Of a DNA stretch of 64,000 bases, positions 13,770 to 29,149 are shown in pieces (positions within the stretch are counted from its first letter, which is position 1; every line of letters begins with the position of its first letter). A model generated the notes under the pieces. It was not told where the DNA came from. It did not search any database and saw nothing but the letters and a program-made list of their open reading frames with translations. Origin of the DNA: the human T2T-CHM13v2.0 reference genome, Homo sapiens. The stretch lies in NCBI RefSeq assembly GCF_009914755.1, contig NC_060941.1, one strand, 5' to 3'. The position numbers and the translations under genes are program-made.

Positions 13770-15078
13770 AGATAAGATATATTGCGTTGAACTATAATTT
13801 ATGTTGATTGCTGAATGATTTAGGGCGGGGGGGTGGGCACCCCCTGAAATTCTGCCCTGGAGGAGTGGCCTCACCCTAACCCTGGCCGTGGCTAATAATA
13901 AGGCCCACCTCTTAGGGCCGTGGAGTGAAATAAGTTTTCCAGGTAATGCGCAGTAGAGCCCTCAGCCCTCCGCTGAAGTTGCGTTAGGAAGGAGGAAGGG
14001 AGAGGTAAATGCTGAGCCCGCAGGCGGCAGTCTGTGCCTCGGAGAGAAACTTTATCCCAACCTTGCTGGGGGCCTTGACGCCCACCTTGCCCCAAGAGCA
14101 CCCCGGCAGTCACCCCTGCCCTCTGGGGTCCTGCCACCCCGAGCCCGACCTTCCCCCTTTTCCCCCGCGCCGGGCCAATAGCCTCCTAACTGCGTCGTGC
14201 TCATCACCTTTGCGTCGTTTCTTCGCTCCACAAACGTTTACTGAGCGCCTTCCACACGCCAGGCGCCAGACTCGCGCGGGGAAACAGGGATAAGCACTGA
14301 GGAGGGGTCCCAGCCCTCAGCGATGGGATTTCAGAGCGGGAGATAAAGGGTTGCCCAGAAGGGTGGTGAGTGGAATAGCTGATATAAACAACGGGGGCGC
14401 GATGAAATACACAGGAGGGCTGCTAGTCACATATGGGGCGGGTGCCGAGGGCCCTTGACTAAGGGAGGCTTCCTGCACGGGTGACACCCAAGCGGAGTCC
14501 TGACGACCTGCGTCAGAAGTAGCCAGGCGAGGAGGAGGGGAAAGGAATCCACGTCCCGAGCAGAGAGGCAGCGTTCCCTACACAGCCCAGGACACGGTCC
14601 GCGCACAGAAGCCGCAGGAGACGCAGGCACAGGGGCTGGGGAGAATCCTTGCTGGGCCCTCGCCGCCTCCCTCTGCCGGGTGTCTGGTGCCAGCCTCCTG
14701 CCTGGCAGAGGAACTCCAGCCCCTGCTCCCGGAAGCCCCTCCAGGCCTTCGGCTTCCCTGACTGGGCATGGGCCCCTCGTCCCCTCGTCCCCTCGGGTAC
14801 GGGGCCGGTCTCCCCGCCCGCGGGCGGCGAAGTAAAGGCCCAGCGCAGCCCGCGCTCCTGCCCTGGGGCCTCGTCTTTCTCCAGGAAAACGTGGACCGCT
14901 CTCCGCCGACAGGTCTCTTCCACAGACCCCTGTCGCCTTCGCCCCCGGTCTCTTCCGGTTCTGTCTTTTCGCTGGCTCGATACGAACAAGGAAGTCGCCC
15001 CCAGCGGAGCCCCGGCTCCCCCAGGCAGAGGCGGCCCCGGGGGCGGAGTCAACGGCGGAGGCCACGCCCTCTGTGAAA

Positions 15079-15269
15079 GGGCGGGGCATGCAAATTCGAA
15101 ATGAAAGCCCGGGAACGCCGGAAGAAGCACGGGTGTAAGATTTCCCTTTTCAAAGGCGGAGAATAAGAAATCAGCCCGAGAGTGTAAGGGCGTCAATAGC
15201 GCTGTGGACGAGACAGAGGGAATGGGGCAAGGAGCGAGGCTGGGGCTCTCACCGCGACTTGAATGTGGA
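15079..15269 (+). promoter_or_regulatory. U2 DSE and PSE, copy 3
   Basis: Octamer 15088-15095, PSE 15249-15269. Confidence 0.93.
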
Positions 15270-15308
15270 TGAGAGTGGGACGGTGACGGCGGGCGCGAAG
15301 GCGAGCGC

Positions 15309-15496
15309 ATCGCTTCTCGGCCTTTCGGCTAAGATCAAGTGTAGTATCTGTTCTTATCAGTTTAATATCTGATACGTCCTCTATCCGAGGACAATATATT
15401 AAATGGATTTTTGGAGCAGGGAGATGGAATAGGAGCTTGCTCCGTCCACTCCACGCATCGACCTGGTGTTGCAGTACCTCCAGGAACGGTGCACCC
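15309..15496 (+). ncRNA. RNU2-1: U2 snRNA gene, copy 3 (n.18T>C, n.160A>G)
   Basis: Full U2 sequence; GGCCTTTCGGC with C at 15326. Confidence 0.98.
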
Positions 15497-15514
15497 CCTC
15501 CGGGGATACAACGT

Positions 15515-15530
15515 GTTTCCTAAAAGTAGA
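15515..15530 (+). terminator. snRNA 3' box, copy 3
   Basis: GTTTCCTAAAAGTAGA. Confidence 0.9.
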
Positions 15531-15797
15531 GGGAGGTGAGAGACGGTAGCACCTGCGGGGCGGCTTGCACGCCGAGTGCCTGTGACGCGCCGGCTTGACT
15601 TAACTGCTTCCCTGAAGTACCGTGAGGTTCCTGATGTGCGGGCGGTAGACGGTAGGCTTATGCGGCACGCTTTCGTTTCCACCGTGGCTACTGCGCTTTG
15701 GGAAGGCCACGACCTCCTCCTTTGGGGAGGTCCTTAGGATCTCAGCTTGGCAGTCGAGTGGGTGGCGACCTTTTAAAGGAATGGGACCCACCCGGAG

Positions 15798-15808
15798 TTC
15801 TTCTTTCT

Positions 15809-15865
<57 letters not shown>

Positions 15866-15894
15866 GTCTCTCCGTCTCTCTGTGTCTGTCTCTG

Positions 15895-15934
<40 letters not shown>

Positions 15935-15993
15935 CTCTGTCTCTCTCTCTCTCTTTCCCCCCCCCTCCCCGCCTCTCCCTCGCTCTCTCTTTT
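15798..15993. repeat. (CT)n microsatellite, copy 3 (+4 bp)
   Basis: Offset changes from 12292 to 12296. Confidence 0.97.
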
Positions 15994-17958
15994 GGTTTCC
16001 CCCACCCCCTCCCAAGTTCTGGGGTACATGTGCAGGACGTGCAGGTTTGGAACATAGGTACACGTGTGCCACGGTGCTTTGCTGCACCTATCCACCAGTC
16101 GTCTAGGTTTGAAGCCCCGCATGCGTTGGCTATTTGTCCTAATGCTCTCTCTCCCCTTGCCCCCCACGCCCCGTCAGGGCCCGGCGTGTGATGTTCCCCT
16201 CCCTGTGTCCCATGTGTTCTCGCTGTTCAACTCCCACTTAGGAGCGAGAACATGCGGTGTTTGGTTTTCGCTTCCTGTGTCAGTTTGCTGAGAATGAGGC
16301 CTTCCAGCTTCATCCACGTTCCCGCAGAGGTCATGAACTCATCCTTTTTTATGGCTGCGTAGTAATTCCATGCTGTATACGTGCCACACTTTCTTTATCC
16401 AGCCTATCATTCATGGGCATTCGAGTTGGTTCCAAGTCTTTGCTATTGTAAATAGTGCTGCAGTAAACATACGTGTCCACGTGTCTTCCTAGTAGGAACT
16501 TCTTCCTCTTCAGCCCGCTGAGTAGCTGGCACTTTAAGGCAGGTGCCAACGCACCGGCAGCAAGCTTCCTTTTTTGCCCGGGAAAAACTGAGGTGCAGGT
16601 AGTATAAGCCATTGATCACGGAACGCACAGGAGCAGAGCTCGAGTCCAAGCATCGTGGCTCCACCCGTCATGCTGGATGCATCTTTAGGCTCCGCTCTAG
16701 GTATGTGTATCCTTTACGGGATCAGCCACCGGCAGTTGCCTTGCGAGCACGATGACAAACCTCTGCCGGCTCTTTTGGGTCTCATCCCTGTATCTATACG
16801 TTGCATCCCAACATAAAGACCGGAATGTTCCTTTCGCTGACCCAGTCTCTCACCCTTTCCAAACTCCAGAAATCTTGTCTGTCCTCGGAAGAACTCCCCC
16901 TGCTTCTTTCTCTAAAGGCTGTCTTCAGGCCGGGCACAGTGGGAGGATCGCTTGAGCCCAGAAGGCCGCAGTGAGGTGAGATCGCGCCATTGCACTGCAG
17001 CCCCCGGCGGCAGAGCCGGAGCCCCGTCTCGAAACAAACAAACAAAAACCAACCAACCAACCAACAAACAAACACAGACAAAGAAAGAAAGAGCCCAGGC
17101 AACCTAGTGAAAACCTGTTCGGGCTGGGACGTACCTGTACCCCAGCTGTTCCGGAGGCTGAGGCCAGGAGGATGGGTGGACGCTGGGAGGTGGATGCTGC
17201 AGTGAGCAGTGATTGCACCACTGCACTCCAGCCTGGGTGACAGAGCCAGACCCCGTCCCAAATAAATAAACATAAAAATAAAGGAACCAGTTTGTAGAAA
17301 GCGGGAGAGGGTCCCATTGAACTTCAAGCCTTCGAGCAACAGCTGTGGCTGGACAGGTTGGACCAGCAGGCTGGAGCAGTCGCCATCTTGGCAGGGATCA
17401 TTGACCCTGATCTATCGTCGGGAGGAGGAAGAGCTTATCTTACGCAGGGAGGGCAGGTGGACTATGTGTGGACTCTGGTGACCTGTTTGGGTGCCAGGTG
17501 TTACTCCCAGGGCCACCCGTAACTGTGAATGTGCAGGAACCCTGACTTGAGAAGGGCCTGGCCACGGGGGGCTTAGGCCCCTGGGGAATGAGAGTTTGGT
17601 TCCCGGTACCCAGGGAAACCACCAGCATCGGCAGAGGTGATAGCTGAGGAGGAGCGGGGATTTGGACGAGAGACACAGGATGAGTACCGGGGGGCAGCCC
17701 CGTGATCAACAACTGCTGCAAGAGGGGCCGTTTGTTCGACTCGCTAGTCTTCTGCGGCTCTATGCGGTACTAAAGAGCAGAAGACAGAACATACAAAAAC
17801 CACAAAAAGTAGCCGGGCGTGGTGCTGCCCGTCAATAATCCCAGCTACTCGGGAGGCTGAGACAGGAGAATCGCTTGAACCCGGGAGGCGGAAGTTTCAG
17901 CGAGCCGAGATCACGCCGTTGCAGTCCAACCTGAGCGTCCGAGCGAGACTCTATCTCA

Positions 17959-18637
<679 letters not shown>

Positions 18638-18885
18638 TCACACTTACAGCACAGCTCCATTAGAACTGACCACATTTCCAGGGCTCCCTGGATACCTGTG
18701 GCTAGCGGCTGCCATACTACACCGTGCTGGGCTGTAGAATGGGGATGACAAGACAGGGCGGCGGAGATTGTGTTGGCGTGAAGCGAGGGAAACACTCGGC
18801 CGCAGGACAAAACTAAAACAGCAAGGGGGCACCGAAAGACTCAGTAGTCCACGTGAATATCCTGATTATGTTGTAGCTGAGATAA

Positions 18886-19917
18886 TGTAGGGTCCACCCC
18901 TACCGGGTCTGTGGGTTTTCTCTTCGCGTGTGTGCGGAGACGAGAGATCGAAGAGATAAAGACAGAAGACAAAGAGATAGGAAGAAAGACAGCTGGGCCC
19001 GGGGGACCACTGCCACCAAAGCGCGGAGACAGACAGGTAGTGGCCCCGAGTGCCTGGAGGCGCTGCTATTTATTGTAGTCAAGGCAAGGGGGCAGGGTAA
19101 GGAGTGCCAGTCATCTCCAATGATCGATAGGTCACGCGAGTCACGTGTCCACTGGACAGGGGGCCTTTCCCTTTGTGGTAGCCGAGGTGGAGAGGGAGGA
19201 CAGCAAACGTCAGCGTTTCTTCTATGCACTTATCAGAAAGATCGAAGACTGTGGTACTCCTACTAGTTCTGCTACTGCTGTCTTCTAAGAACTTAAAAGG
19301 AGGAGCCAGGTGTACAGGCTGAACATGAAAGTGAACAAGGAGCGTGACCACTGAAGCACAGCATCACAGGGAGACAGACGTTGGAGCCTCCGGATGACTG
19401 CGGGCCGGCCTGGCTAATGTCAGACCTCCCACAAGAGGTGGTGGAGCGGAGCGTTCTCTGTCTCCCCTGGAGAGAGGGAGATTCCCTTTCCGGGTCTGCT
19501 AAGTAACGGGTGCCTTCCCAGGCACTGGGGCCACCGCTAGACCAAGGCCTGCTAAGTAACCAGGGCCTTCCCAGGCACTGGCATTACCGCTAGGCCAAGG
19601 AGCCCTCCAGCGGCCCTTCTCTGGGCGTGAATGAGGGCTCACACTCTCGTCTTCTGGTCACCTCTCACTGTGGCCCTTCAGCTCCTAACTCTGTGTGGCC
19701 TGGTTTCCCCCAAGGTAATCATAATAGAACAGAGATCATTATGGTAATAGAACAAAGAGTGATGCTACAAACTAATGATTAATAATGGTCAGATATAATC
19801 CTATCCGTTTCCTATCTCTAGTAAAACTTTTCTTATTCTAATTATTTTCTTTGCTGTACTGGAACAGCTTGTGCCTTCAGGCTCTTGCCTGGGCACCTGG
19901 GTGGCTTGCGGCCCACA
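18886..19917 (-). mobile_element. Solo LTR13, unit 4
   Basis: Same sequence and AGATAA TSD. Confidence 0.9.
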
Positions 19918-21226
19918 AGATAAGATATATTGCGTTGAACTATAATTTATGTTGATTGCTGAATGATTTAGGGCGGGGGGGTGGGCACCCCCTGAAATTC
20001 TGCCCTGGAGGAGTGGCCTCACCCTAACCCTGGCCGTGGCTAATAATAAGGCCCACCTCTTAGGGCCGTGGAGTGAAATAAGTTTTCCAGGTAATGCGCA
20101 GTAGAGCCCTCAGCCCTCCGCTGAAGTTGCGTTAGGAAGGAGGAAGGGAGAGGTAAATGCTGAGCCCGCAGGCGGCAGTCTGTGCCTCGGAGAGAAACTT
20201 TATCCCAACCTTGCTGGGGGCCTTGACGCCCACCTTGCCCCAAGAGCACCCCGGCAGTCACCCCTGCCCTCTGGGGTCCTGCCACCCCGAGCCCGACCTT
20301 CCCCCTTTTCCCCCGCGCCGGGCCAATAGCCTCCTAACTGCGTCGTGCTCATCACCTTTGCGTCGTTTCTTCGCTCCACAAACGTTTACTGAGCGCCTTC
20401 CACACGCCAGGCGCCAGACTCGCGCGGGGAAACAGGGATAAGCACTGAGGAGGGGTCCCAGCCCTCAGCGATGGGATTTCAGAGCGGGAGATAAAGGGTT
20501 GCCCAGAAGGGTGGTGAGTGGAATAGCTGATATAAACAACGGGGGCGCGATGAAATACACAGGAGGGCTGCTAGTCACATATGGGGCGGGTGCCGAGGGC
20601 CCTTGACTAAGGGAGGCTTCCTGCACGGGTGACACCCAAGCGGAGTCCTGACGACCTGCGTCAGAAGTAGCCAGGCGAGGAGGAGGGGAAAGGAATCCAC
20701 GTCCCGAGCAGAGAGGCAGCGTTCCCTACACAGCCCAGGACACGGTCCGCGCACAGAAGCCGCAGGAGACGCAGGCACAGGGGCTGGGGAGAATCCTTGC
20801 TGGGCCCTCGCCGCCTCCCTCTGCCGGGTGTCTGGTGCCAGCCTCCTGCCTGGCAGAGGAACTCCAGCCCCTGCTCCCGGAAGCCCCTCTAGGCCTTCGG
20901 CTTCCCTGACTGGGCATGGGCCCCTCGTCCCCTCGTCCCCTCGGGTACGGGGCCGGTCTCCCCGCCCGCGGGCGGCGAAGTAAAGGCCCAGCGCAGCCCG
21001 CGCTCCTGCCCTGGGGCCTCGTCTTTCTCCAGGAAAACGTGGACCGCTCTCCGCCGACAGGTCTCTTCCACAGACCCCTGTCGCCTTCGCCCCCGGTCTC
21101 TTCCGGTTCTGTCTTTTCGCTGGCTCGATACGAACAAGGAAGTCGCCCCCAGCGGAGCCCCGGCTCCCCCAGGCAGAGGCGGCCCCGGGGGCGGAGTCAA
21201 CGGCGGAGGCCACGCCCTCTGTGAAA

Positions 21227-21417
21227 GGGCGGGGCATGCAAATTCGAAATGAAAGCCCGGGAACGCCGGAAGAAGCACGGGTGTAAGATTTCCCTTTTCA
21301 AAGGCGGAGAATAAGAAATCAGCCCGAGAGTGTAAGGGCGTCAATAGCGCTGTGGACGAGACAGAGGGAATGGGGCAAGGAGCGAGGCTGGGGCTCTCAC
21401 CGCGACTTGAATGTGGA
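21227..21417 (+). promoter_or_regulatory. U2 DSE and PSE, copy 4
   Basis: Octamer 21236-21243, PSE 21397-21417. Confidence 0.93.
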
Positions 21418-21456
21418 TGAGAGTGGGACGGTGACGGCGGGCGCGAAGGCGAGCGC

Positions 21457-21644
21457 ATCGCTTCTCGGCCTTTCGGCTAAGATCAAGTGTAGTATCTGTT
21501 CTTATCAGTTTAATATCTGATACGTCCTCTATCCGAGGACAATATATTAAATGGATTTTTGGAGCAGGGAGATGGAATAGGAGCTTGCTCCGTCCACTCC
21601 ACGCATCGACCTGGTGTTGCAGTACCTCCAGGAACGGTGCACCC
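21457..21644 (+). ncRNA. RNU2-1: U2 snRNA gene, copy 4, terminal (n.18T>C, n.160A>G)
   Basis: Full U2 sequence; GGCCTTTCGGC with C at 21474. Confidence 0.98.
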
Positions 21645-21662
21645 CCTCCGGGGATACAACGT

Positions 21663-21678
21663 GTTTCCTAAAAGTAGA
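21663..21678 (+). terminator. snRNA 3' box, copy 4
   Basis: GTTTCCTAAAAGTAGA. Confidence 0.9.
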
Positions 21679-21945
21679 GGGAGGTGAGAGACGGTAGCAC
21701 CTGCGGGGCGGCTTGCACGCCGAGTGCCTGTGACGCGCCGGCTTGACTTAACTGCTTCCCTGAAGTACCGTGAGGTTCCTGATGTGCGGGCGGTAGACGG
21801 TAGGCTTATGCGGCACGCTTTCGTTTCCACCGTGGCTACTGCGCTTTGGGAAGGCCACGACCTCCTCCTTTGGGGAGGTCCTTAGGATCTCAGCTTGGCA
21901 GTCGAGTGGGTGGCGACCTTTTAAAGGAATGGGACCCACCCGGAG

Positions 21946-21956
21946 TTCTTCTTTCT

Positions 21957-22011
<55 letters not shown>

Positions 22012-22040
22012 GTCTCTCCGTCTCTCTGTGTCTGTCTCTG

Positions 22041-22074
<34 letters not shown>

Positions 22075-22135
22075 CTCTCTCTGTCTCTCTCTCTCTTTCC
22101 CCCCCCCTCCCCGCCTCTCCCTCGCTCTCTCTTTT
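21946..22135. repeat. (CT)n microsatellite, copy 4 (-2 bp)
   Basis: Offset changes from 18440 to 18438. Confidence 0.97.
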
Positions 22136-24100
22136 GGTTTCCCCCACCCCCTCCCAAGTTCTGGGGTACATGTGCAGGACGTGCAGGTTTGGAACATAGG
22201 TACACGTGTGCCACGGTGCTTTGCTGCACCTATCCACCAGTCGTCTAGGTTTGAAGCCCCGCATGCGTTGGCTATTTGTCCTAATGCTCTCTCTCCCCTT
22301 GCCCCCCACGCCCCGTCAGGGCCCGGCGTGTGATGTTCCCCTCCCTGTGTCCCATGTGTTCTCGCTGTTCAACTCCCACTTAGGAGCGAGAACATGCGGT
22401 GTTTGGTTTTCGCTTCCTGTGTCAGTTTGCTGAGAATGAGGCCTTCCAGCTTCATCCACGTTCCCGCAGAGGTCATGAACTCATCCTTTTTTATGGCTGC
22501 GTAGTAATTCCATGCTGTATACGTGCCACACTTTCTTTATCCAGCCTATCATTCATGGGCATTCGAGTTGGTTCCAAGTCTTTGCTATTGTAAATAGTGC
22601 TGCAGTAAACATACGTGTCCACGTGTCTTCCTAGTAGGAACTTCTTCCTCTTCAGCCCGCTGAGTAGCTGGCACTTTAAGGCAGGTGCCAACGCACCGGC
22701 AGCAAGCTTCCTTTTTTGCCCGGGAAAAACTGAGGTGCAGGTAGTATAAGCCATTGATCACGGAACGCACAGGAGCAGAGCTCGAGTCCAAGCATCGTGG
22801 CTCCACCCGTCATGCTGGATGCATCTTTAGGCTCCGCTCTAGGTATGTGTATCCTTTACGGGATCAGCCACCGGCAGTTGCCTTGCGAGCACGATGACAA
22901 ACCTCTGCCGGCTCTTTTGGGTCTCATCCCTGTATCTATACGTTGCATCCCAACATAAAGACCGGAATGTTCCTTTCGCTGACCCAGTCTCTCACCCTTT
23001 CCAAACTCCAGAAATCTTGTCTGTCCTCGGAAGAACTCCCCCTGCTTCTTTCTCTAAAGGCTGTCTTCAGGCCGGGCACAGTGGGAGGATCGCTTGAGCC
23101 CAGAAGGCCGCAGTGAGGTGAGATCGCGCCATTGCACTGCAGCCCCCGGCGGCAGAGCCGGAGCCCCGTCTCGAAACAAACAAACAAAAACCAACCAACC
23201 AACCAACAAACAAACACAGACAAAGAAAGAAAGAGCCCAGGCAACCTAGTGAAAACCTGTTCGGGCTGGGGCGTACCTGTACCCCAGCTGTTCCGGAGGC
23301 TGAGGCCAGGAGGATGGGTGGACGCTGGGAGGTGGATGCTGCAGTGAGCAGTGATTGCACCACTGCACTCCAGCCTGGGTGACAGAGCCAGACCCCGTCC
23401 CAAATAAATAAACATAAAAATAAAGGAACCAGTTTGTAGAAAGCGGGAGAGGGTCCCATTGAACTTCAAGCCTTCGAGCAACAGCTGTGGCTGGACAGGT
23501 TGGACCAGCAGGCTGGAGCAGTCGCCATCTTGGCAGGGATCATTGACCCTGATCTATCGTCGGGAGGAGGAAGAGCTGATCTTACGCAGGGAGGGCAGGT
23601 GGACTATGTGTGGACTCTGGTGACCTGTTTGGGTGCCAGGTGTTACTCCCAGGGCCACCCGTAACTGTGAATGTGCAGGAACCCTGACTTGAGAAGGGCC
23701 TGGCCACGGGGGGCTTAGGCCCCTGGGGAATGAGAGTTTGGTTCCCGGTACCCAGGGAAACCACTAGCATCGGCAGAGGTGATAGCTGAGGAGGAGCGGG
23801 GATTTGGACGAGAGACACAGGATGAGTACCGGGGGGCAGCCCCGTGATCAACAACTGCTGCAAGAGGGGCCGTTTGTTCGACTCGCTAGTCTTCTGCGGC
23901 TCTATGCGGTACTAAAGAGCAGAAGACAGAACATACAAAAACCACAAAAAGTAGCCGGGCGTGGTGCTGCCCGTCAATAATCCCAGCTACTCGGGAGGCT
24001 GAGACAGGAGAATCGCTTGAACCCGGGAGGCGGAAGTTTCAGCGAGCCGAGATCACGCCGTTGCAGTCCAACCTGAGCGTCCGAGCGAGACTCTATCTCA

Positions 24101-25041
<941 letters not shown>

Positions 25042-25061
25042 TTATGTTGTAGCTGAGATAA

Positions 25062-26106
25062 TGTAGGGTCCACCCCTACCGGGTCTGTGGGTTTTCTCTT
25101 CGTGTGTGTGCGGAGACGAGAGATCGAAGAGATAAAGACAGAAGACAAAGAGATAGGAAGAAAGACAGCTGGGCCCGGGGGACCACTGCCACCAAAGCGC
25201 GGAGACAGACAGGTAGTGGCCCGGAGTGCCTGGAGGCGCTGCTATTTATTGTAGTCAAGGCAAGGGGGCAGGGTAAGGAGTGCCAGTCATCTCCAATGAT
25301 CGATAGGTCACGCGAGTCACGTGTCCACTGGACAGGGGGCCTTTCCCTTTGTGGTAGCCGAGGTGGAGAGGGAGGACAGCAAACGTCAGCGTTTCTTCTA
25401 TGCACTTATCAGAAAGATCGAAGACTGTGGTACTCCTACTAGTTCTGCTACTGCTGTCTTCTAAGAACTTAAAAGGAGGAGCCAGGTGTACAGGCTGAAC
25501 ATGAAAGTGAACAAGGAGCGTGACCACTGAAGCACAGCATCACAGGGAGACAGACGTTGGAGCCTCCGGATGACTGCGGGCCGGCCTGGCTAATGTCAGA
25601 CCTCCCACAAGAGGTGGTGGAGCGGAGCGTTCTCTGTCTCCCCTGGAGAGAGGGAGATTCCCTTTCCGGGTCTGCTAAGTAACGGGTGCCTTCCCAGGCA
25701 CTGGGGCCACCGCTAGACCAAGGCCTGCTAAGTAACCAGGGCCTTCCCAGGCACTGGCATTACCGCTAGACCAAAGTTTTCTAAATAACAGGTGCCTTCC
25801 GAGGAAGAGGCACTACCACAAGACCATGGAGCCCTCAAGCAGCCGTTATCCGGGCATGACAGGGGGCTCATACTCTTGTCTTCTGGTTACCTCTCACATT
25901 GTCCCCTCTACTTCTTACTCTGTATGGCCTGTTTTTTCCTCGGTTATAATAACAAAGATTAATACTAAAAACTAATAATTGATAATATCCATATGTAATC
26001 ATCTCTGTATCCTATGTCTGATATAACTTTCTTTTATCCTATTTTCTTTATTATATTTGAACAGCTTCTGCGTTCAGTGTCTTGCCTTGGCATCTGGATG
26101 GCTTTC
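25062..26106 (-). mobile_element. Chimeric LTR13 at the array junction (array-type to 25769, then flank-type), cut ~8 nt short by the next LTR
   Basis: Left part matches the unit LTR; 25770-26106 resembles the LTR at 52704-53691. Confidence 0.85.
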
Positions 26107-27077
26107 TGTAGGGTGCAGCCCTACAGGGCCTGTGGGTTTTTCTGTTTGTGTGCGGAGGCAATAGATCATGGAAATAAAAACACCGGACAAAGAGATAGTA
26201 GAAAAGACAGCTGGGCCCACGGGAACACTACCACGAAAACTCGGAGACCGGTAGTGGCCCTGAAGGCCTAGCTACGCTGTTATTTATTGTATACAAGGCA
26301 AGGGGACAGGGTAAGGAGTGCGAGTCATGTCCAATGATAGGTAAGGGCACGCGAGTCATGCATCCACTGTACAGGGGGCCCTTCCCTGTTTGGTAGCCGA
26401 GGCAGAGACAGAGAGGGGAGAGCTTACGTCATTATTTCTTCTTTGCATTTCTTGGGAAGATCAAAGACTCTAATACTTTCACTAATTGTGCTGCTGCTAT
26501 CCAGAAGGCGGGGCCATGTGCACAGAGCGGAAAATGAAAGTGGACCAGGACCACTGAAGCACAGCATCACAGGGAGACGTTTAGGCCTCCGGATGTCTGC
26601 AGGCATGGTTGCAGGCGGGTCTGACTAATGTCAGGCCTTCCACAAGAGGTGGTGGAGCAGAGTCTTCTCTTACTCCGCAGGGAAAGGCAGAGTCCCTTTC
26701 CTGGTCTGCTAAGTAACGGATGCCTTCCCAGACACTGGCGTTACCGCTTCACCAAGGAGCCCTCCTAGTGGCCCTGCCCGGGCATGACAGAGGGCTCACA
26801 CTCTTGTCTTCTGGTCACTTCTCACCATGTTCCTTCAGCTCCTATCTCTGTATGGCCTAGATTTTCCTAGGTTATAATTGTAGAACAGAGATTATTATAT
26901 TGGAATAAAGAGTAATGTTACAAACTGATTAATAATATTCACATATAATCACATATAATCCTATCTATATTCTATTTCTAGTATGACTATTCTTATTCTA
27001 AATATTTTCTTTATTATACTGGAACAGCTCGTGCTCTCCGTCTCTTGCCTTGGCACGTCGGTGGCTTACCACCCACA

Positions 27078-29122
27078 TCTCCCCACTTTTTATTGACTAG
27101 GATCATCATTGCCATCATTGCTTGTCGTTGACTTGGGACTTGTCCTCGGCCTCCTTGGAGACATCTGCAGACTAAAAGTAGACAACATAAACATACCAGT
27201 ATTAATAATGCCAATGACAACGATGATCCTCCGAGGGGTTTGATCCATTTAAAGGGATTAAGATCAGATAATCCTTTAGTTATTCCTTCAAAACTGCCCA
27301 AGGCAGGAGCAGTAGTTAAATGAGCCTGTGAGGCCTCAAAAACGTGTTCTTTAGGTTTTGAAATATCTAAGGTTAAGTTATCATCCCAGGCTTTTAAATG
27401 TCTTGAGACTTCTTCCCCACTATGTTGATCTTTATTATAAACATAAGGTCTTATGCAATAATCAGAAGTATTCCAATCGCACTGTAATTGCATATGGTGT
27501 TCCAGATTCATAACTCTATCTCCCAGTCAGATTACACTCTGGTGGAGATAATTAATTTGATTAGCCAATTTTTGATCAACTTGAGCATGAGAATTTCAGA
27601 GTTTGGTGGAGTTTTTTTTGCCATGCTTCCACATATTGAGCGGTTTGAACAGAGTTGTGGATAGCAACTCCAACGGTTGTCGCTGTTGCAGTAATGGCAA
27701 TTAGTCCTGCAATGACTGCAATAAGAGTAAAAATGAATCTCTTGGTTCTTTTGAGGATACCCTTAAGAAGTTCACTGACTATGTGTATAGAGGGGGAAGA
27801 CTTCCATGGATGATGTAAAGAAATTATATCCATACCCCCTTCCTAGCCCTTATCAAAAGAATACTTGTTCTGGGATTAAAAGTAGCATCGATACACGTGA
27901 ACAGGTTACAATCATTACATTCTATAGTTTGTGTATTGGGAGTAATAATTATAATTCCAACTAGCAGCATGTAAGGGGATTTGACACAGCTCCTGATATG
28001 TATCACCTGTCCTGACATCAAGGTGATCTTGAATATGAGTGTCTTGGTATTAGTAGGAGAGATTTGATAGGTAGCGTTCCATATCCTTATTCCTGTCATG
28101 GCTGCAGCTAATTTCCCTAATTCAGGATGTTCAGGGGTAACAATTTGATGAATCATTTTTGGTCTAGGAGGAACGATTCCTGTGTTCCTCCATTTGAATG
28201 GATAAGGGGCACCCATTCCCTCAACCTGTAGAATTGCCATCAGTCCTTTACATAATCTAACAAATAATTAAACTCCAAGCATTTGGTATTTTAGCCAGAG
28301 CAATTTCTCCAATAATACCCTCTTGGGGCCCAGTCAATAACAGCACCCATAGCTAGATTTTGGAACACTACGGCCTTTGGAGCATTACAATCATTCCATA
28401 AAATTGAATTTAGTAGAAAATGTCCCTTTGTAGGTTCCTTTGAGCAGTCTGGCAATCCTTTTGTTTTATTGCTTTTAGTAGTGACAGGAACTCTCCATTC
28501 CTCATGTGGATTAAGTTTAACATTCATGAGTTGAAAAGAATTGCTCCTGCACTTGATAAGAATCATTACTAGAGGACTGTATGGTCCACATCGAATTCTG
28601 ATAAGAATAAGCTAAGCAGCCAGGCAACATTCCAATACACAGTGGTGGATATTTGTAGCCAATTGACAAATTAAAGTGCATACCTTTTACTTCTGGTTGA
28701 GCTGGAAACCTGTCATCATTGGGGACTGGCATGAAGACACTATTATTAGTGTAAACTTCCACTGAGGAGTCCATCCAGGAGACAGACCGAATTAAAGGGG
28801 GAAAAGTAATGTATGCCCAGTAGGTATAATTTTGAGTTGCCCCAACCCCTGGTATACTCACCACTGCACTGACCACCATAAAGGCAGCCAGAATTATATT
28901 ACCCGTCACTTTTGGAATTCCTTTTTCTTGTAGTTATTTCTCTGTTTGATGGGATAAGACCTTTATCTGGCCCCATGTTGGTAGAGTAGAATGACTTGTG
29001 TTGGAGGTCACACGGTGAGATTTTGTTGTAATGTCGAGGTCATGGAATTTATGTGTCAGGTGGCAAAACTTGCTCTTTGATTTCTGAGGCTTCTTTGCCT
29101 TTTGTTTCTGAGAGTTCTTCAT
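27078..29122 (-). pseudogene. env: P1 env (fragmented)
   Basis: NYTYWAY, furin site RTKR plus fusion peptide [23 protein letters not shown] and TM anchor in several frames. Confidence 0.88.
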
Positions 29123-29149
29123 CCTTGGAGTTAAAATGCAATCTCAGTT

